From Octopus sinensis (taxonomy: Eukaryota): DNA of 64,000 nucleotides. The notes under the pieces are model-generated. The model was not told the DNA's origin and made no database searches. It saw only the letters and a program-made list of their open reading frames with translations. Of this stretch, positions 43,931 to 57,769 are shown in pieces; position 1 is the first letter of the stretch; each line of letters begins with the position of its first letter. Both the position numbers and the translations under genes were made by a program. Location of the stretch: NCBI RefSeq assembly GCF_006345805.1, contig NC_043001.1, positions 99,634,001-99,698,000 on the forward strand, given 5' to 3'.

Positions 43931-45156
43931 CTTCCAGTCCTCTATCAGCTTTTTCTCAACTACAACTTTAATCTTTATGCTCTCCAATGCCATTGACTGT
44001 TGACCATCACACCAAGCTGTTCTTGGCAACATAAAAATCAAATTTAGCGTGAACATGCTTAGTATACAAGTACATTGTTGCATGTATGTTTGTATGTGTG
44101 TGTGTGTGTATGTATATATATATATATATAATGTACTGGGTGCATTTTATTGTGCCACTGGCATTAGAGAAGTTGACTTGAGGTCTAAAAAGTCCTATCT
44201 ATCATGGTTTTTATTCTGAGTTACTAGTCTCCTTGATCAGATGCCCAGATTGTGGCTTCAAGCATAGACTGATGCCTGGCAAAATAGCAGCAGCTATGAA
44301 TAAGGTATGTAGTTTGAATGAAAGGAAAGGGATTTGCTAGTCAAAGCACTTTCAGTGCATTAACCTACATGAAAAGTTAATAAAGTTGTGTTTTTTGCCA
44401 TTATAACGTCTATCTTAAATCAACTTTCTAGATAGCTTGAATTGAGTCAAAAACAGAAAGAAATCGATGTTTCTCTGTCATCCCCAAAACTGACGTTTTT
44501 GAAGTCAAAAGGAAAATTGAAGAGAAACACGAAGACCCTTATGTATAAAAACTCCAGCAATGCCCTCCTCCAGCTCTTCCTTACCATCTTTGTTTCCATA
44601 TGTTTTATAAGAGGATTGGCCTTCTCTCACATCAGTTGTGGAGAACCATTTGACAAGGAAGAAATTGAAATTCTCGGACATAACACAGATAACTGTGTGT
44701 GTTTGCATGTATACCAGCATTGGCATAGTTTTAACTTTTGCATGTTTCAGACAGAATACATTGTGGCACGTTTTCTATGGATGGATACCCTTCTTAATGC
44801 TAACCCTCAGCTGTTTCCAAGCAAGGTAATATTTCCTCATGGCCAGACATGTTTCCACAAAACATTGGAAAGGAATAATACAGTTTGCCTGACAGAAGTA
44901 CCCTCTCTCTCTCCTCCTCTTCCTCTTTTATATGTATGCATACAATGGGCTTCGATCTCACAAATTCATTCAGTAGGCTTTGGTTGAAAATACAAAAAGA
45001 ACTGCCTGCATCTTATACAAATAACTGTAAACCAATTATGTATATTTATTGGTTTACCAAAGAATCTCTACTTATGATAATTTTAAAGAATTGCATTTTC
45101 TGATTCAAAATCTTTTGCTTCTAATGAGCTTTTGGAATTAACAAACATAATGATTC

Positions 45157-46230
45157 ATTACTGAAACAATAAATCTGGTAAAATATAAATAATGTACATT
45201 TCAATGGACATGTTGGACAATGTGCAGGGGGCTTCCATGGCATACATAGAGGCTATGGTTTTGGTTCCCACAATGAGGAGGGAACCAGACTGCTGCAGTT
45301 CTGCGATGCAAATGATCTTATGGTTTGCAATACCAACTTCAGGAAACCCGCCCGTCACCTAGTCACCTATCGTTCTGGCAGACACACTAGCCAAATTGAC
45401 TATATCCTCACCAGAAAAAGGGAAAGAGGGCTGCTTATAAATGCCAAAACCTTCCCAGGCAAAGAATGTACCCCTCAACATAGATTAGTAGTTAGCAACT
45501 TCAGGATCAGGGCTGAATGGATGCCCAGAAGAAGACCAGCCTGGAGGAGAAGGGTCTGGAAGCTTAAAGATCCTGTAAATGGGCAGAGATTTAGAGACGT
45601 ATTACTCGAAGCTTTCGATGAAATAGAAGGGGATATAGCATCACATAATGTGGAAGACAACTGGAGGTTTCTACGGAACAACCTGCTGAGAGCCACTGAC
45701 CAGATCTGTGGATGGTGCAAAGTCCCCTCTCGACCCAAGGTAACGTGGTGGTGGAACAATGTGGTTGACAGGGCTATTAGACAAAAGAAACAGTTTTGGA
45801 AGGACTGGAAGAACAGAAGTAGCAGGGAATTGTATCAGACTGCCAGAATGGAAGCTAGGAGACAGGTTTATTTAACCAGAGGGGAAGCAGATAAGAAAAA
45901 ATTTGCCAATGTTCTGCGCTGTGAGGACCAAAGACTTGAAGTATTTTGTGAGAGAGAATCGGGATGTCGTAGGAGAGAAATGTGTCCGTATGGATGATGG
46001 TTGACTTGCACTAAATGAGACTGCAAAGAGAGAGGTTTGGAGACGCCACTATGAAAGGTTGTTTAATAAAGAGAATGAATGGGAGAAAGAGAGTCTGCCA
46101 AATGTCAACCCAACAGAGGGACCAGCTATCCGAATTGACAGTACCTTGGTAGTTAAAGCAATCAAGAGTATGAAGGCAGGGAAAGCCCCGCTCATCAGGA
46201 ATCACTGCAGAGATGCTCAAAATATCTGGG
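45157..46230 (+). mobile_element. RTE LINE fragment (endonuclease end and linker)
   Basis: NTNFRKPARHLVTY...SQIDYIL...QHRLVV...WWWNNVV; truncated at the start of RT. Confidence 0.8.
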
Positions 46231-46249
46231 TACCACAGAATCTACATAT

Positions 46250-46700
46250 TACAAAGAAATATCACCTTCATTTACCAGTTGTTCCAGTTTGATGCAGCTT
46301 ATCAAAAGAATAGGACCATTCTTTTGTGACAAAATTGTGATATATCATTTACTTGAAATTGCTGTGACAATCTGTCATGTTAAACATTAAAGAAGTCTTT
46401 TAAAACTGTCAGCTAACCCTCATACTACCATAGAAATGTAAGAGCCTACCTTGATGCAATTTAGCGTAACAGGTGAACTGGACAAAGAGGTTCTGTAGAA
46501 CGATTTCCACATTCACCATATCTGACACCATTAAGCTCTTTTTTTTGTTTTATAGGGATACTTAAAAGATAAAGTTTATGGTACAAAACCAGAGACAGTC
46601 CATTGAATGCAAAAGCACACAAATACTGAACAAAATACTTTTTGGTGTTTATGATTTAGAACAATCATTGGTTTGGAAATGGATTCATAAAAAATTAAAT
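46250..46700 (+). mobile_element. Degenerate mariner-like transposase relic
   Basis: Manual reading NVRAYLD...RWTGQRG...PHSPYLTPL...GYLKDKVYGTKP resembles RWIGRRG..WPxRSPDLTPLDFFLWGYLKDKVY. Confidence 0.5.
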
Positions 46701-47589
46701 TCTGTTTGTAGATTCAATTGAATTTTGAAAATAATTCTTTCTTGTGGCAATAATTCTTTCTTGTGGCAACTTAAAATGAACTTTCGTGTCTGTGGTTGCT
46801 TCTGTAAACTGTAAACATTAATATTAATTCATCAAATAACTTCCAAATTTGCAATCTAAAATAATAATCCCTTCCCTTGTTTTTGACCACATCTATGTAT
46901 TTTGTACTGTTCACTAAAAAAATTTCCTTCTTGTCTGTACCTCTTGTACCTCTTGTTTCTTGTTGCAATGGCTATTTCTCTTTCAAGCTTAGGCCAAAGC
47001 CTGCCATCTTTGTCCATTTCTGGCTGTTGCTGCCACACCTGTTTCAGACTTGCTGCCACACCTATCAGACTTGCGTTAGTTTATTCCATGTGTTTGGCTA
47101 ATTGAGGACACTCAAAAATATGCACAGCTAAGCTAAGAATTTCTCTTGTTTTTAATCACTTCATTTATTCAAACTCACCTATTCTCTAAAATAATTCTTT
47201 CTTGTTTGCTCTAACCCAACTATAACTCACCTTGTTTCTTGACTACATGTATATACATATTTCGTACTTTTCTCTAAAATAATTCTTTCTTGTTTTCTCT
47301 ACCTCTTAAAATGACCTTTCATGTCAGTGGTTGTACCCACCCTTTCCCACCCCCACTACCAATACTGGAAATCTCTTTCTCTTACCAAGCATCCAGTTCC
47401 CATTCTCCTCTTTTATTGGTAATCTTGTCAACCTCTCCTTTCTCTCCCAACCCCATCTAGTCTTGCAGACCCAAGCTGGTTTTGCAGACCCAAGCTGGTC
47501 TTGCAGAATGGTATAGCTACAATATCTCTGCCTACACCCCACAAGCAGGCCTACAAAAATGAATAGAAGGATCCCTTTTATGATTTTCT

Positions 47590-50500
47590 TCTGCAGGCTA
47601 CCTCAAAGACAAGTGACAATGATCTCATCTTTGTGGCTTGAGATTTTAATGGGCATGTCGGACAGTAACCTGGTATCTTCCATGGTGTACATGGAGGCTA
47701 TGAAGTTTGTATCAGAAATGAAAAGGGAATGAGGCTCCTGGAGTTCTGTGATGCAAATAACCTATTGATCTGCAACACCAACTTCAGGAAGCCAGCTAGC
47801 CACCTGATAACCTATCAATCAGGTGACTTTGTTAGCCAGATTGATTTAATTCTCACCAGTTTGTGGGATGCATGGTTGCTCTTAAATACAAAGACCCTCC
47901 CTGGTGAAGAATGTACCTCCCAACATAGACTAGTTATTAGTGACTTTAGATTCGAGGCCAGAAGGATGCCAAAAAGCAGACCAGTCTGGAAAAGGAGGAT
48001 TTGGAAGCTTAAGAACCCTTCACATGGTCAGAGATTTAGGGATATCCTTACCAAGAAATTTGATGATTGGGAGGAGTAGCTACAATACTGTGACATAGAA
48101 GGCAACTGGGAATTCCTGTGAGACAGCTTGTTAGTGCCACAGACCAAATCTATGGCTGGTGCAAAGTCCCTTCCAGACCTAGGGTAACATGGTGCTGGAA
48201 CAACACTGTAGACAGGGCCATTAGAACAAAGAAACAAGCTTGGAAGGTGTGGAAGAGTGGGGGTAGCAGGAGAATGTATCAGATAGTCAAAAGGGAAGCT
48301 AGGAGAGGTATATATAGCCAAGGGAGTAGCAGAAAAGAAGTTTTCCAGTGTTCAGCGATGTGAAGACCAAAGAGGTGAAGTATTTCAGATTGCAAGACAG
48401 TGTGTGAGAGAAAACCACGATGTCATAGAGAAATGTGTCCGCATGGATGATGGTGCCCTTGTGTTTAATGATTCTGCAAAGAAAGAAGCTTGGAGATGAC
48501 ATTATGAAAGACTGCTGAATGTGGAGAATGAATGGAAGGAGGAGAGTCTGCTAAATGTTGACCCAATTGAGGGACCAGCTACTCAAATTGACAGTACCCT
48601 AGTAGATAAAGCAATTAAGGATATGAAGACAGGGAAAGCGCCTGGCCCATCAGGAATCACTGCTGAGTTGCTTAAAATATCGGGCAGTGTGGGATATGGT
48701 CTTGTCACCTGTATCGTAAATCAGGTAGTTCATGAAGGAGTCATACCCAATGACTGGTGTAGCAGCACAATAGTTAACTGCTACAAGGGTAAAGGTGATG
48801 CTCTAGATAGAAATAACAATAAGGGTATCAAATTATTGGATCAGGTAATGAAAGTTACAGAGAAGGTCATAACCCAACTAATTAGGGAGAGAGTTAGACT
48901 AGATGAGATGCAGTTCAGTTTTGTGCCAGGCAGAAGCATCACTGATGCTATATTTCTGGTAGGGTAACTGCAGAAGAAATACCTAGCCAAAGATAAACCT
49001 CTGTATTTGGCTTTTGTTGACTTGGAGAAAGCCTTTGACAGGGTCCCCTGATCCCTTATCTGGTCAATGTGGAAACTAGGGATAGATGAGTGGTTGGTGA
49101 GAGCTGTACAAGCCCTGTACAGGGATGCTGTCAGTAAGGTGATGGTTGGCAACAAGCATAGGGAAGAATTCTGAGTAGAAATAGGGGTTCACCAAGGATC
49201 AGTCCTCAGCCCCCTCTTATTCATTATAGTCCTCCAGGCAATAACAGAGGAATTCAAGACAGGCTGCCCCTGGGAGCTCCTCTATGCTGATGACTTTGCC
49301 CTAATTGCTGATTCACTGCAAGAACTAGAGATGAAGTTTAGGGTGTGGAAGCAAGATATAGAATTGAAGAGCCTTAGGGTCAACCTAGGAAAAACCAAAG
49401 CCTTAGTAAGTAGGAAGGCTGTCAACCCACAATTCCCTTCAGGTAGATGGCCCTGCTTGATCTGTAGAAAAGGCAGGGGTAGAAACTCAATAAGATGTAC
49501 CTGGTGTAAGCTATGGACACAAGAGAGGTGCAGCAATATCAAAGGAAGGTTAACCGGGTAAATAGTTTTTGTGTGTGGCAGCTGCACAGGGACAATAAAC
49601 ACTGAAGATGTACAGTAAACAGATTCCATCACATGCCAGAGGGAGAAACTAGAAGTAGTTAATAGCTTCTGCTACCTAGGCATACAAGTCTGTAGTGGGG
49701 GTGGTTGCTCTGAGAGAATAGCAGCTAGAATAAGAATAGCCTGGGCAAAGTCCAGAGAGCTCCTACCTCTGCTGGCAACTAAGGGCTTCTTGCTCAGGAT
49801 GAAAGGTAGACTGTATGATGCATGTGTATGAACTGCTATGCTATGCGGCAGTGAGACATGGGTCATGACCGCTGAGGACATGCATAGACTTGAGAGAAAT
49901 GAAGCTAGTATGATCCACTGTTTAATTTCAGTGAGCACACACGACAGAGTGTAAGCACCCTGAGAGAAAAGTTGAACATAAGAAGCATCAAAAGTGGTGT
50001 GCAAGAGAGATGACTGCTGGTATGGTCATGTGTTATGTATGGATGAGGATAGCTACTTAAGTACCATTCCCTAACTGTGGAAGGAACTTGTGGAAGAGGT
50101 AGACCCAGGATGAGGTGGTGAAGCATAACCTTCAAATATTGGGCCTCTCAGAGGCAATGACAGGAGACCGAGACCTTTGGAGATATGCTGTGATTGAGAA
50201 GGCCTAGCAACTAAAGTGAGATCACAGCCACACACGTCCAGCCCAGTTAAGAGTACCCCTGATACATCATGCAATATGATATGCTTGAGAAGACATGTTG
50301 AGTCAAGTAAAACCAATATTGTAGCTGTGGCCAGTGCCCCCTGACTGGCTCCCATGCCAGGCACGTAAAAAGCACTATCCAAACGTGGTCAATATCAGGT
50401 CCACCTGACTGGATCCCGTGCCGGTGTCACGTAAAAGGCACCATCTGAACGTGACCAATGCCAGTACTCCTTGACTGGCCCCTGTGTCAGTGGCACATAA

Positions 50501-50720
50501 AAAGCACTATCTGAACATGATTAATGCCAGGCTCGCTTGACTGGCTCCTGTGCCTGTGGTATGTAAAAAGTACTCACTACACTCTGAGTGGTCGGTGTTA
50601 GGAAGGGCATCTGGCTGTAGAAACATTGCCAGATTAGATTAGAGCCTGGTGCAGCCACTGGCTCTCCAGACCCCAGTCAAATTGTCCCTTCCATGCCAGT
50701 ATGGAAAACGGACATTAAAT
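47590..50720 (+). mobile_element. RTE LINE, long degenerate copy (EN, RT, 3' UTR modules)
   Basis: DFNGHVG, LLEFCDANNL, QIDLIL, KAPGPSG, QFSFVPGRS, GVHQGSVLSP, YADDF; multiple stops; 3' UTR modules at ~50330-50580. Confidence 0.85.
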
Positions 50721-50748
50721 GTGTATGAACATTTTTTGAGACACCATT

Positions 50749-50763
<15 letters not shown>

Positions 50764-50836
<73 letters not shown>
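50764..50836. repeat. (GA)n microsatellite
   Basis: About 36 GA units with rare GATA interruptions. Confidence 0.9.
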
Positions 50837-50837
<1 letters not shown>

Positions 50838-52425
50838 AGTGGAAAGAGTAATCTAAATTATTCAGCTAGGGAAATGCTTCCATTAACATCCTCTCAACAT
50901 TTCTCTACATACCTACACTATCTATCTTGAGTCTAGAGGGTTATTAAGCAAAATTTTATTCCTGTTTCTTGTGATGTTTGACACTTAGCATTCAGATTGC
51001 TCTGTCAAACACAATGCATATTCATTCATATTGTTTTGCATTATCTTGTAGCTTCAGGATTTTAATGATGTGGCTGTTTATTTTTTAATATTGTAGGAGA
51101 GGTATGAAACGTCAGATCTGATTGGTATTGAGCATAAAACAGAATATTTGGGTTGTATATGGCCGTTTTAAATGACTGAAAGTACAACACCACAGACATA
51201 ATGGGGTACCAGTTCGTGTATATAAGTCGTTGGCTTATACCACAAGGCTCTATCCCCACGTGTTGCCAAGATTTTGTCAGGCTGTTGAAGAGGCTCAGTT
51301 CTCTCTCTCTCAATCCTTTCCCCTTGGTTATATCAAGTATGCCTTGAGACTTTTGTTATGCGGTAGCAAGTGCAGTTAAATAGCAGAACTCAACATTAAA
51401 ACTTGTGTCAAAATATTTGGCTTGTCAAGAGAATTACTATTACACTACTGTAATTTTACGCACACACAATCACAAGCCAAAAGGAAGACTATGTAATCAT
51501 TTAACCTGCAAAAATTAGCAACCAGACCACCCTCAAGTCAAAACCCTCCACTTTAAATAAGGATGGATGCATTATATAATGCAGTCCTAGAAATCTCTAG
51601 AATAATGAAATGGTCTTGACTGGATTGTTTTTGAAATGAGGTTTGCACAGAGATGGCCTTGCACTAATTGACAGCATGAGTAACACAACACAAAAGTCTT
51701 TTGTGTTTTAATTAGGTCACTTTCATCAAAGGTGAAGACTTTACTTCAGAATATACAAATATTTGCTAAGCAGAAATAGTTTCTTTTTATTATATATTTT
51801 TAGATTTAAAAAAAAAAAGACAAAAATTTTTTTTATTGCACCTCAGTTCCAACCAAACAACATCAACAACAACCATTAAAGCTAAAGTTAAAAGAACATT
51901 GAATTTGCCTATGAAATGTATGAAAATAGAAAGGCAGATATATAGTTCTGAACTGTGCTGTAATGGCTTCATACCAAATACTCAAAATAATCTGGACTTT
52001 ACCAAAGTATTTTCGCTTTCCTTCATTTACAAAAGATAATCTCATGTATTCCCACATTTTGCCCGATGAAAAAGAGAATGAATGCTTGCTTCAGATTTAT
52101 ATTTATGTATTACAGGCACTATATTAATGTGTGTATATGTATATATACATGTAATGTATGGAATATGTGTATATATACACACATATACAGTATATAAATA
52201 TAAATGCTGATTGTGTGTGTGCATATATATATGTGTGCATATATATATATAGATATATATATATATATATATACATATATACATACATGTATGTATGCAG
52301 ATTAGGTATATATACTTAATATTATATGAAAGTATGTATATATATATATATATAATATATATATATATACATATATATATGAAAGTATGTATATATATAT
52401 ATATATATGTGTGTATGTATATATA

Positions 52426-52460
<35 letters not shown>

Positions 52461-52466
52461 CATATA

Positions 52467-52640
52467 TATAAAATATTATTAGAGACAAAACCACTATTTT
52501 GCAAAACAAACAAGGAAAGACTTAATCAATACATAAAATTTTAATAAATAGTCAAAAAATTATTAAAATTTTATGTATTGATTAAGTCTTTCCTTGTTTG
52601 TTTTGCAAAATAGTGGTTTTGTCTCTAATAATATTTTATA
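52467..52640. repeat. Perfect palindrome, 81-bp arms, 12-nt spacer
   Basis: 52467-52547 is the exact reverse complement of 52560-52640; spacer ATAGTCAAAAAA. Confidence 0.92.
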
Positions 52641-52728
52641 ATATTTTACTATAAAATTGGATTTAATCCTAAATCTGATTTTTTCCCTGTAAATTTGGAT
52701 TTATTCCCTAATATTTATTATTTATACA

Positions 52729-52764
<36 letters not shown>

Positions 52765-53026
52765 CATTATTTAAAAGCTGCAGAAATATAACAAAAGCTG
52801 AATGTGTCCGCTGAATTTTTTTCTAGAGAACATTCTTTCTTTGTAGTTTGATCATAGGTGATCTATTTCTAGCATATGGCTGTCCACGTAGTGGTTTTTA
52901 GCCCTTAAAATATACACATGTATTAGAATTTTCTCTGATTTTTCAGATTTTTGTATGCTAGGCTACTGGTTTAAAATTGATATTAATTAAATTAATATTC
53001 AATTTATCTCCCTCATTATTTAAATG

Positions 53027-53071
<45 letters not shown>

Positions 53072-53418
53072 GTATGTATGTATGTGTGTATATATATGAA
53101 TGTATGTATGTGAATATATATATATGAAAGTATGTATGTGTATATATATATATGAAAGTATGCATGTATATATATATGAAAGTATGTATGTATGTATATA
53201 TATATATATGAAATGATATATGTATATGAAAGTATGTATGTATATATGTGTATGTAGGTATATATATATATATGTATGTACATATATCTAATTAAATATA
53301 TATATATATACATACATACATATATATGCATATATATATATATACACAGTCAGCATTTATATTTATATAATGAATATTTGTGTATATATTCACATATTCC
53401 ATACATTACATGTATATA

Positions 53419-53481
<63 letters not shown>

Positions 53482-53550
53482 TCAGCATTTATATTTATAT
53501 AATGAATATTTGTGTATATATTCACATATTCCATACATTACATGTATATA

Positions 53551-53594
<44 letters not shown>

Positions 53595-54071
53595 TATACA
53601 CATTCATACATAAATAGATGCATACATATATTTATATATTTATATATATACACATGCATTCATATATATATATACATACATTCATATATATAAACATACA
53701 TTCATATACACATGCATAGATACATACATATATATATATATAAAATGTATGTATATAATTTATGTATGTATATATATATTTATGTATATATGTAGATATA
53801 TGTGTGTGTATATATGTATATATATATGAATGTATATATGTATGTATATATATATGTGTATGTATATATGTATATATATATATAAATGTATATATGTGTG
53901 TATATATATATGTGTATATGTATATATATATATATATATATATGTGTATGTATATATGTATATATATGTGTGTGTGTATATATATATGTGTGTGTGTGTG
54001 TATATATATGTATATATATGTGTTTGTATATATATGTATATACATGTGTGAGTATATATACGTATATATAT

Positions 54072-54440
54072 ACCACTGCTTGGTGCCAAGGACTCCAAAT
54101 TTGCCATCAAGATGTAGGACAAGATACTGTGATAGCTTGGGCTTCAGAGGCCCACAGCTCTTCAATATCCTCCCGAAGAACCTGAGGGACCTGCATGGGG
54201 TGGATGCAGATGTCTTTAATGTAGGACTGGATCTCTTCCTGTCAGGTGTCCCAGATGAACCAACTTCACGACAGGAGGTGCAGATGAGGGCAGCTGCATC
54301 GAACTCTCTCATGCACCAAATGGCAGTTGCTAAAAAGCATTTGTGAAGTAAAATCATGTAGCAACACCAAATGGCGGTGCCCCAGCATGGTCACAGCTCG
54401 TGAGCTGAAACTAGATAAAATAAAATAAAATAAAATAAAA
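54072..54440 (+). mobile_element. 3' end of a CR1-group LINE (same family as 57770-60442) with (TAAAA)n tail
   Basis: HCLVPRTP...[42 protein letters not shown]; tail GGCGGTGCCCCAGCATGG...CTGAAACTAGATAAAATAAAA. Confidence 0.8.
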
Positions 54441-54481
54441 TATGTGTGTGTGTATATATATTATATATATCTATATATATA

Positions 54482-54515
<34 letters not shown>

Positions 54516-55785
54516 ATGTATATATATATGTATATGTGTGTATGTGTATATATGTGTGTGTGTGTGTATGTATATATATATATGCGTGTACATATATATG
54601 TATATATATGTGCATGTATATATATGTATATATATGTGCATGTATATATATATGTGTGTATATATATGTATATATATATATGTGTGTATATATGTATGTA
54701 TATATATATATGTGTGTATATATGTATGTATATATATATGTGTGTATATATATATATGTGTGTATATATGTATGTATATATATATATTTGTGTCTATATA
54801 TGTGTGTATATATACATGAATGTATATATGTACATACATGTATATATCGGCCATCACCATGATTGAACGCTAGCTACTAAAGTTTTCTCTCTGTCTGTTT
54901 TCTCATGTTCCTTTCTGTTGAAGAGCATAAGCTCGAAATGTAAAGACCTCACCTTCCTAAGCATTGATCTAATACTTCTGTTTGTTGTTTACACACCTGT
55001 CTTCCTCTTTTGTTTTTGTAAATTCCAACTATATTCATGTATATATATGTACGTGTAGATCTGTGTGTATGTATATATGTGTGTACATATGTGTGTGTGT
55101 ATATATATATGTGTATGTATATATGTATGTATCTTTGTGTATATATATATATATGTGTATATATGTGTATATATATATATGTGTGCATATGTGTGTATAT
55201 ATATATGTGCATATATGTATGTATGTATATATATATATATATCTGTGTGTATATGTATATATGTGTATATATAAATACTGTTGTGTCTGGGGAGAGTCAT
55301 TCTCTTTTGGTGCCTTGAAATTTAACATACTCACCGGTAAAATTTCCACTTATTTCTTTTTTATTTTTCTAAAATTTTCATTGCCTCTTGCAACCTTTTT
55401 AATTTATATATGTATCCATATATGTGTACATACATGTATATAGATATGTGTATATATATGTGTGTATATGTGTGTATATATATATATGTATATATAAGTA
55501 TCTACATATATGTATGTGTATATATATAAGCAAAATAATTGATATTCAGATGAATTATGTACTTAAGTTGAGGAACCAAAAATTAGTGTGGTATTATCAG
55601 TACAATTTCAAAATAAGGTGAATAAAATCAATATAAGCAGCAGGACATGCAGAGGTGATGCAGTACAACCATATATGTATGTATATATATGTATATATAG
55701 ATATGTGCATATGTGTGTGTATATATATATATATATACATATGTATATATATATATATATGGATATATATATGTGTGTATATATG

Positions 55786-55821
<36 letters not shown>

Positions 55822-56553
55822 GGATATATGTATATATGTGTTTAGGTATATGTACATGTATATGTATATATATATATGCGTGTAGGTATATGAATATATA
55901 TGTATAAGTTTATATATAGATGTGTGTATATATATATGTATATATATGTGTATATGTATATGTATATATATATGTATATATATGTGTATATATATATGTA
56001 TATATATGTATATATATGTGTATATATCTAATAACTCCGTGCCAAAGGCCCTACTAGTTATTTGTACATTAAATGTAAAGTTGTTTCATAACTTTTATTT
56101 TTATCAGCTTTTCATTGATGCATTTAAACCAAGAGCCTTTTTTTTTGTTGCCCCTCTTTTCCAACTCTTATATTACATGCTAGCCACTGTATCTCCTCCC
56201 TATCATCTTCTATTTCTCTCTGTTCATGTTTGTTTACTAATTTCTTCAGTATTAAAACTAGCTTTTCTCATGGTATGAGACATAAGAAATGAACTTTATT
56301 TAATATGAGGCCAGCTCCCAGAATGTGTAGCTGTAGCCAGTATCTCTGGTAATGACATGTGACATGACACACTCCCTGGCTAAATGTGCAACCATCCAGA
56401 TTTCTGAGTGCCTTCTTTTTTCTAATATATAATACCTTTACATCAACTCCAAACCTTCTAATATATGTATAGGTATATATGTGTATATATATGTACATAT
56501 ATATACAGGTACATATGTGCATGTATATGTATGTAGATATGTAGGTATATATG

Positions 56554-56612
<59 letters not shown>

Positions 56613-56705
56613 GCACCAAAATTAGTGTGGTATTATCCGTAAAATTTCAAAGTAAGGTGAATAAAATCAATATAAGCAGCAGGATATCCAGAGGTACAAC
56701 CATAT

Positions 56706-56925
56706 ATCATCATCATCATCATCATCATCGTTTAACGTCCGCTTTCCATGCTAGCATGGGTTGGACGGTTCAACTGGGGTCTGGGGAGCCTGAAGGCTGC
56801 ACCAGGCCAGTCAGATCTGGCAGTGTTTCTACAGCTGGATGCCCTTCCTAACGCCAACCACTCCGAGAGTGTAGTTGGTGATTTTATGTGCCACCGACAC
56901 TGGTGCCAGACGAGGCTGGCGATTT
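56706..56925 (-). mobile_element. RTE 3'-tail short element
   Basis: (CAT)n GTTTAACGTCCGCTTTCCATGCTAGCATGGGTTGGAC...CTGGATGCCCTTCCTAACGCC. Confidence 0.75.
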
Positions 56926-56959
56926 ATATGTATATTTATATGTATATATATATGTATAT

Positions 56960-56992
<33 letters not shown>

Positions 56993-57088
56993 GATGTATA
57001 TTATATGTATATATATATATATAATATTATATTATATGTATATATGTATGTAATATATATATTTATATATATGTATATTAATATATAG

Positions 57089-57121
<33 letters not shown>

Positions 57122-57189
57122 AATATATCTGTATATATATATGTATATATATACATGTATATATATATATATATACATGTATATATATG

Positions 57190-57233
<44 letters not shown>

Positions 57234-57769
57234 GTATATATATATGTATATATATATGTTATATATATGTATTGTAATATATGTATATATATATGTATAT
57301 ATATATATATGTGTATATATATGTATAATATATATATATGTGTATATATATATGTATATATGTGTTAATATGTATGTATATGTGTATATATGTATATATA
57401 TTGTATATATGTATATGTATATATATGTATATGTATAATATATGTATATATATATGTATATATATATATATGTTATATAATATGTATATATATATATATG
57501 TGTATATATATATGTATATATGTGTATATATGTATATATATGTGTATATATGTATATATAGGTGATATATGTATATGTTATATATGTATATGTATATATA
57601 TGTATATATATATGTTTGTATATATGTGTATATATATATGTATGTATATATGTATATATATATGTATGTATATATGTATATATATATGTATGTATATATG
57701 TAGGTATATATGTATATATGTATATATGTATGTATATATGTATATATGTACATATATATATGTATATAT

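Noticed and set aside
44442-44987. 181-aa ORF with a hydrophobic stretch resembling a signal peptide
   Set aside because: Non-ATG start, no recognisable domain, runs through (TG)n and (CT)n low-complexity sequence, and no supported splice partners.
46729-47340. Short direct repeats AAATAATTCTTTCTTGT...CTTAAAATGAMCTTTC flanking small charged ORFs
   Set aside because: The repeats are real but short; I could not assign the interior to any element or gene, so no feature call is supported.
50980-51185. Possible MITE relic (TTAGCATTCAGATT...)
   Set aside because: Terminal inverted repeats and TSD are too eroded to demonstrate from this copy alone.
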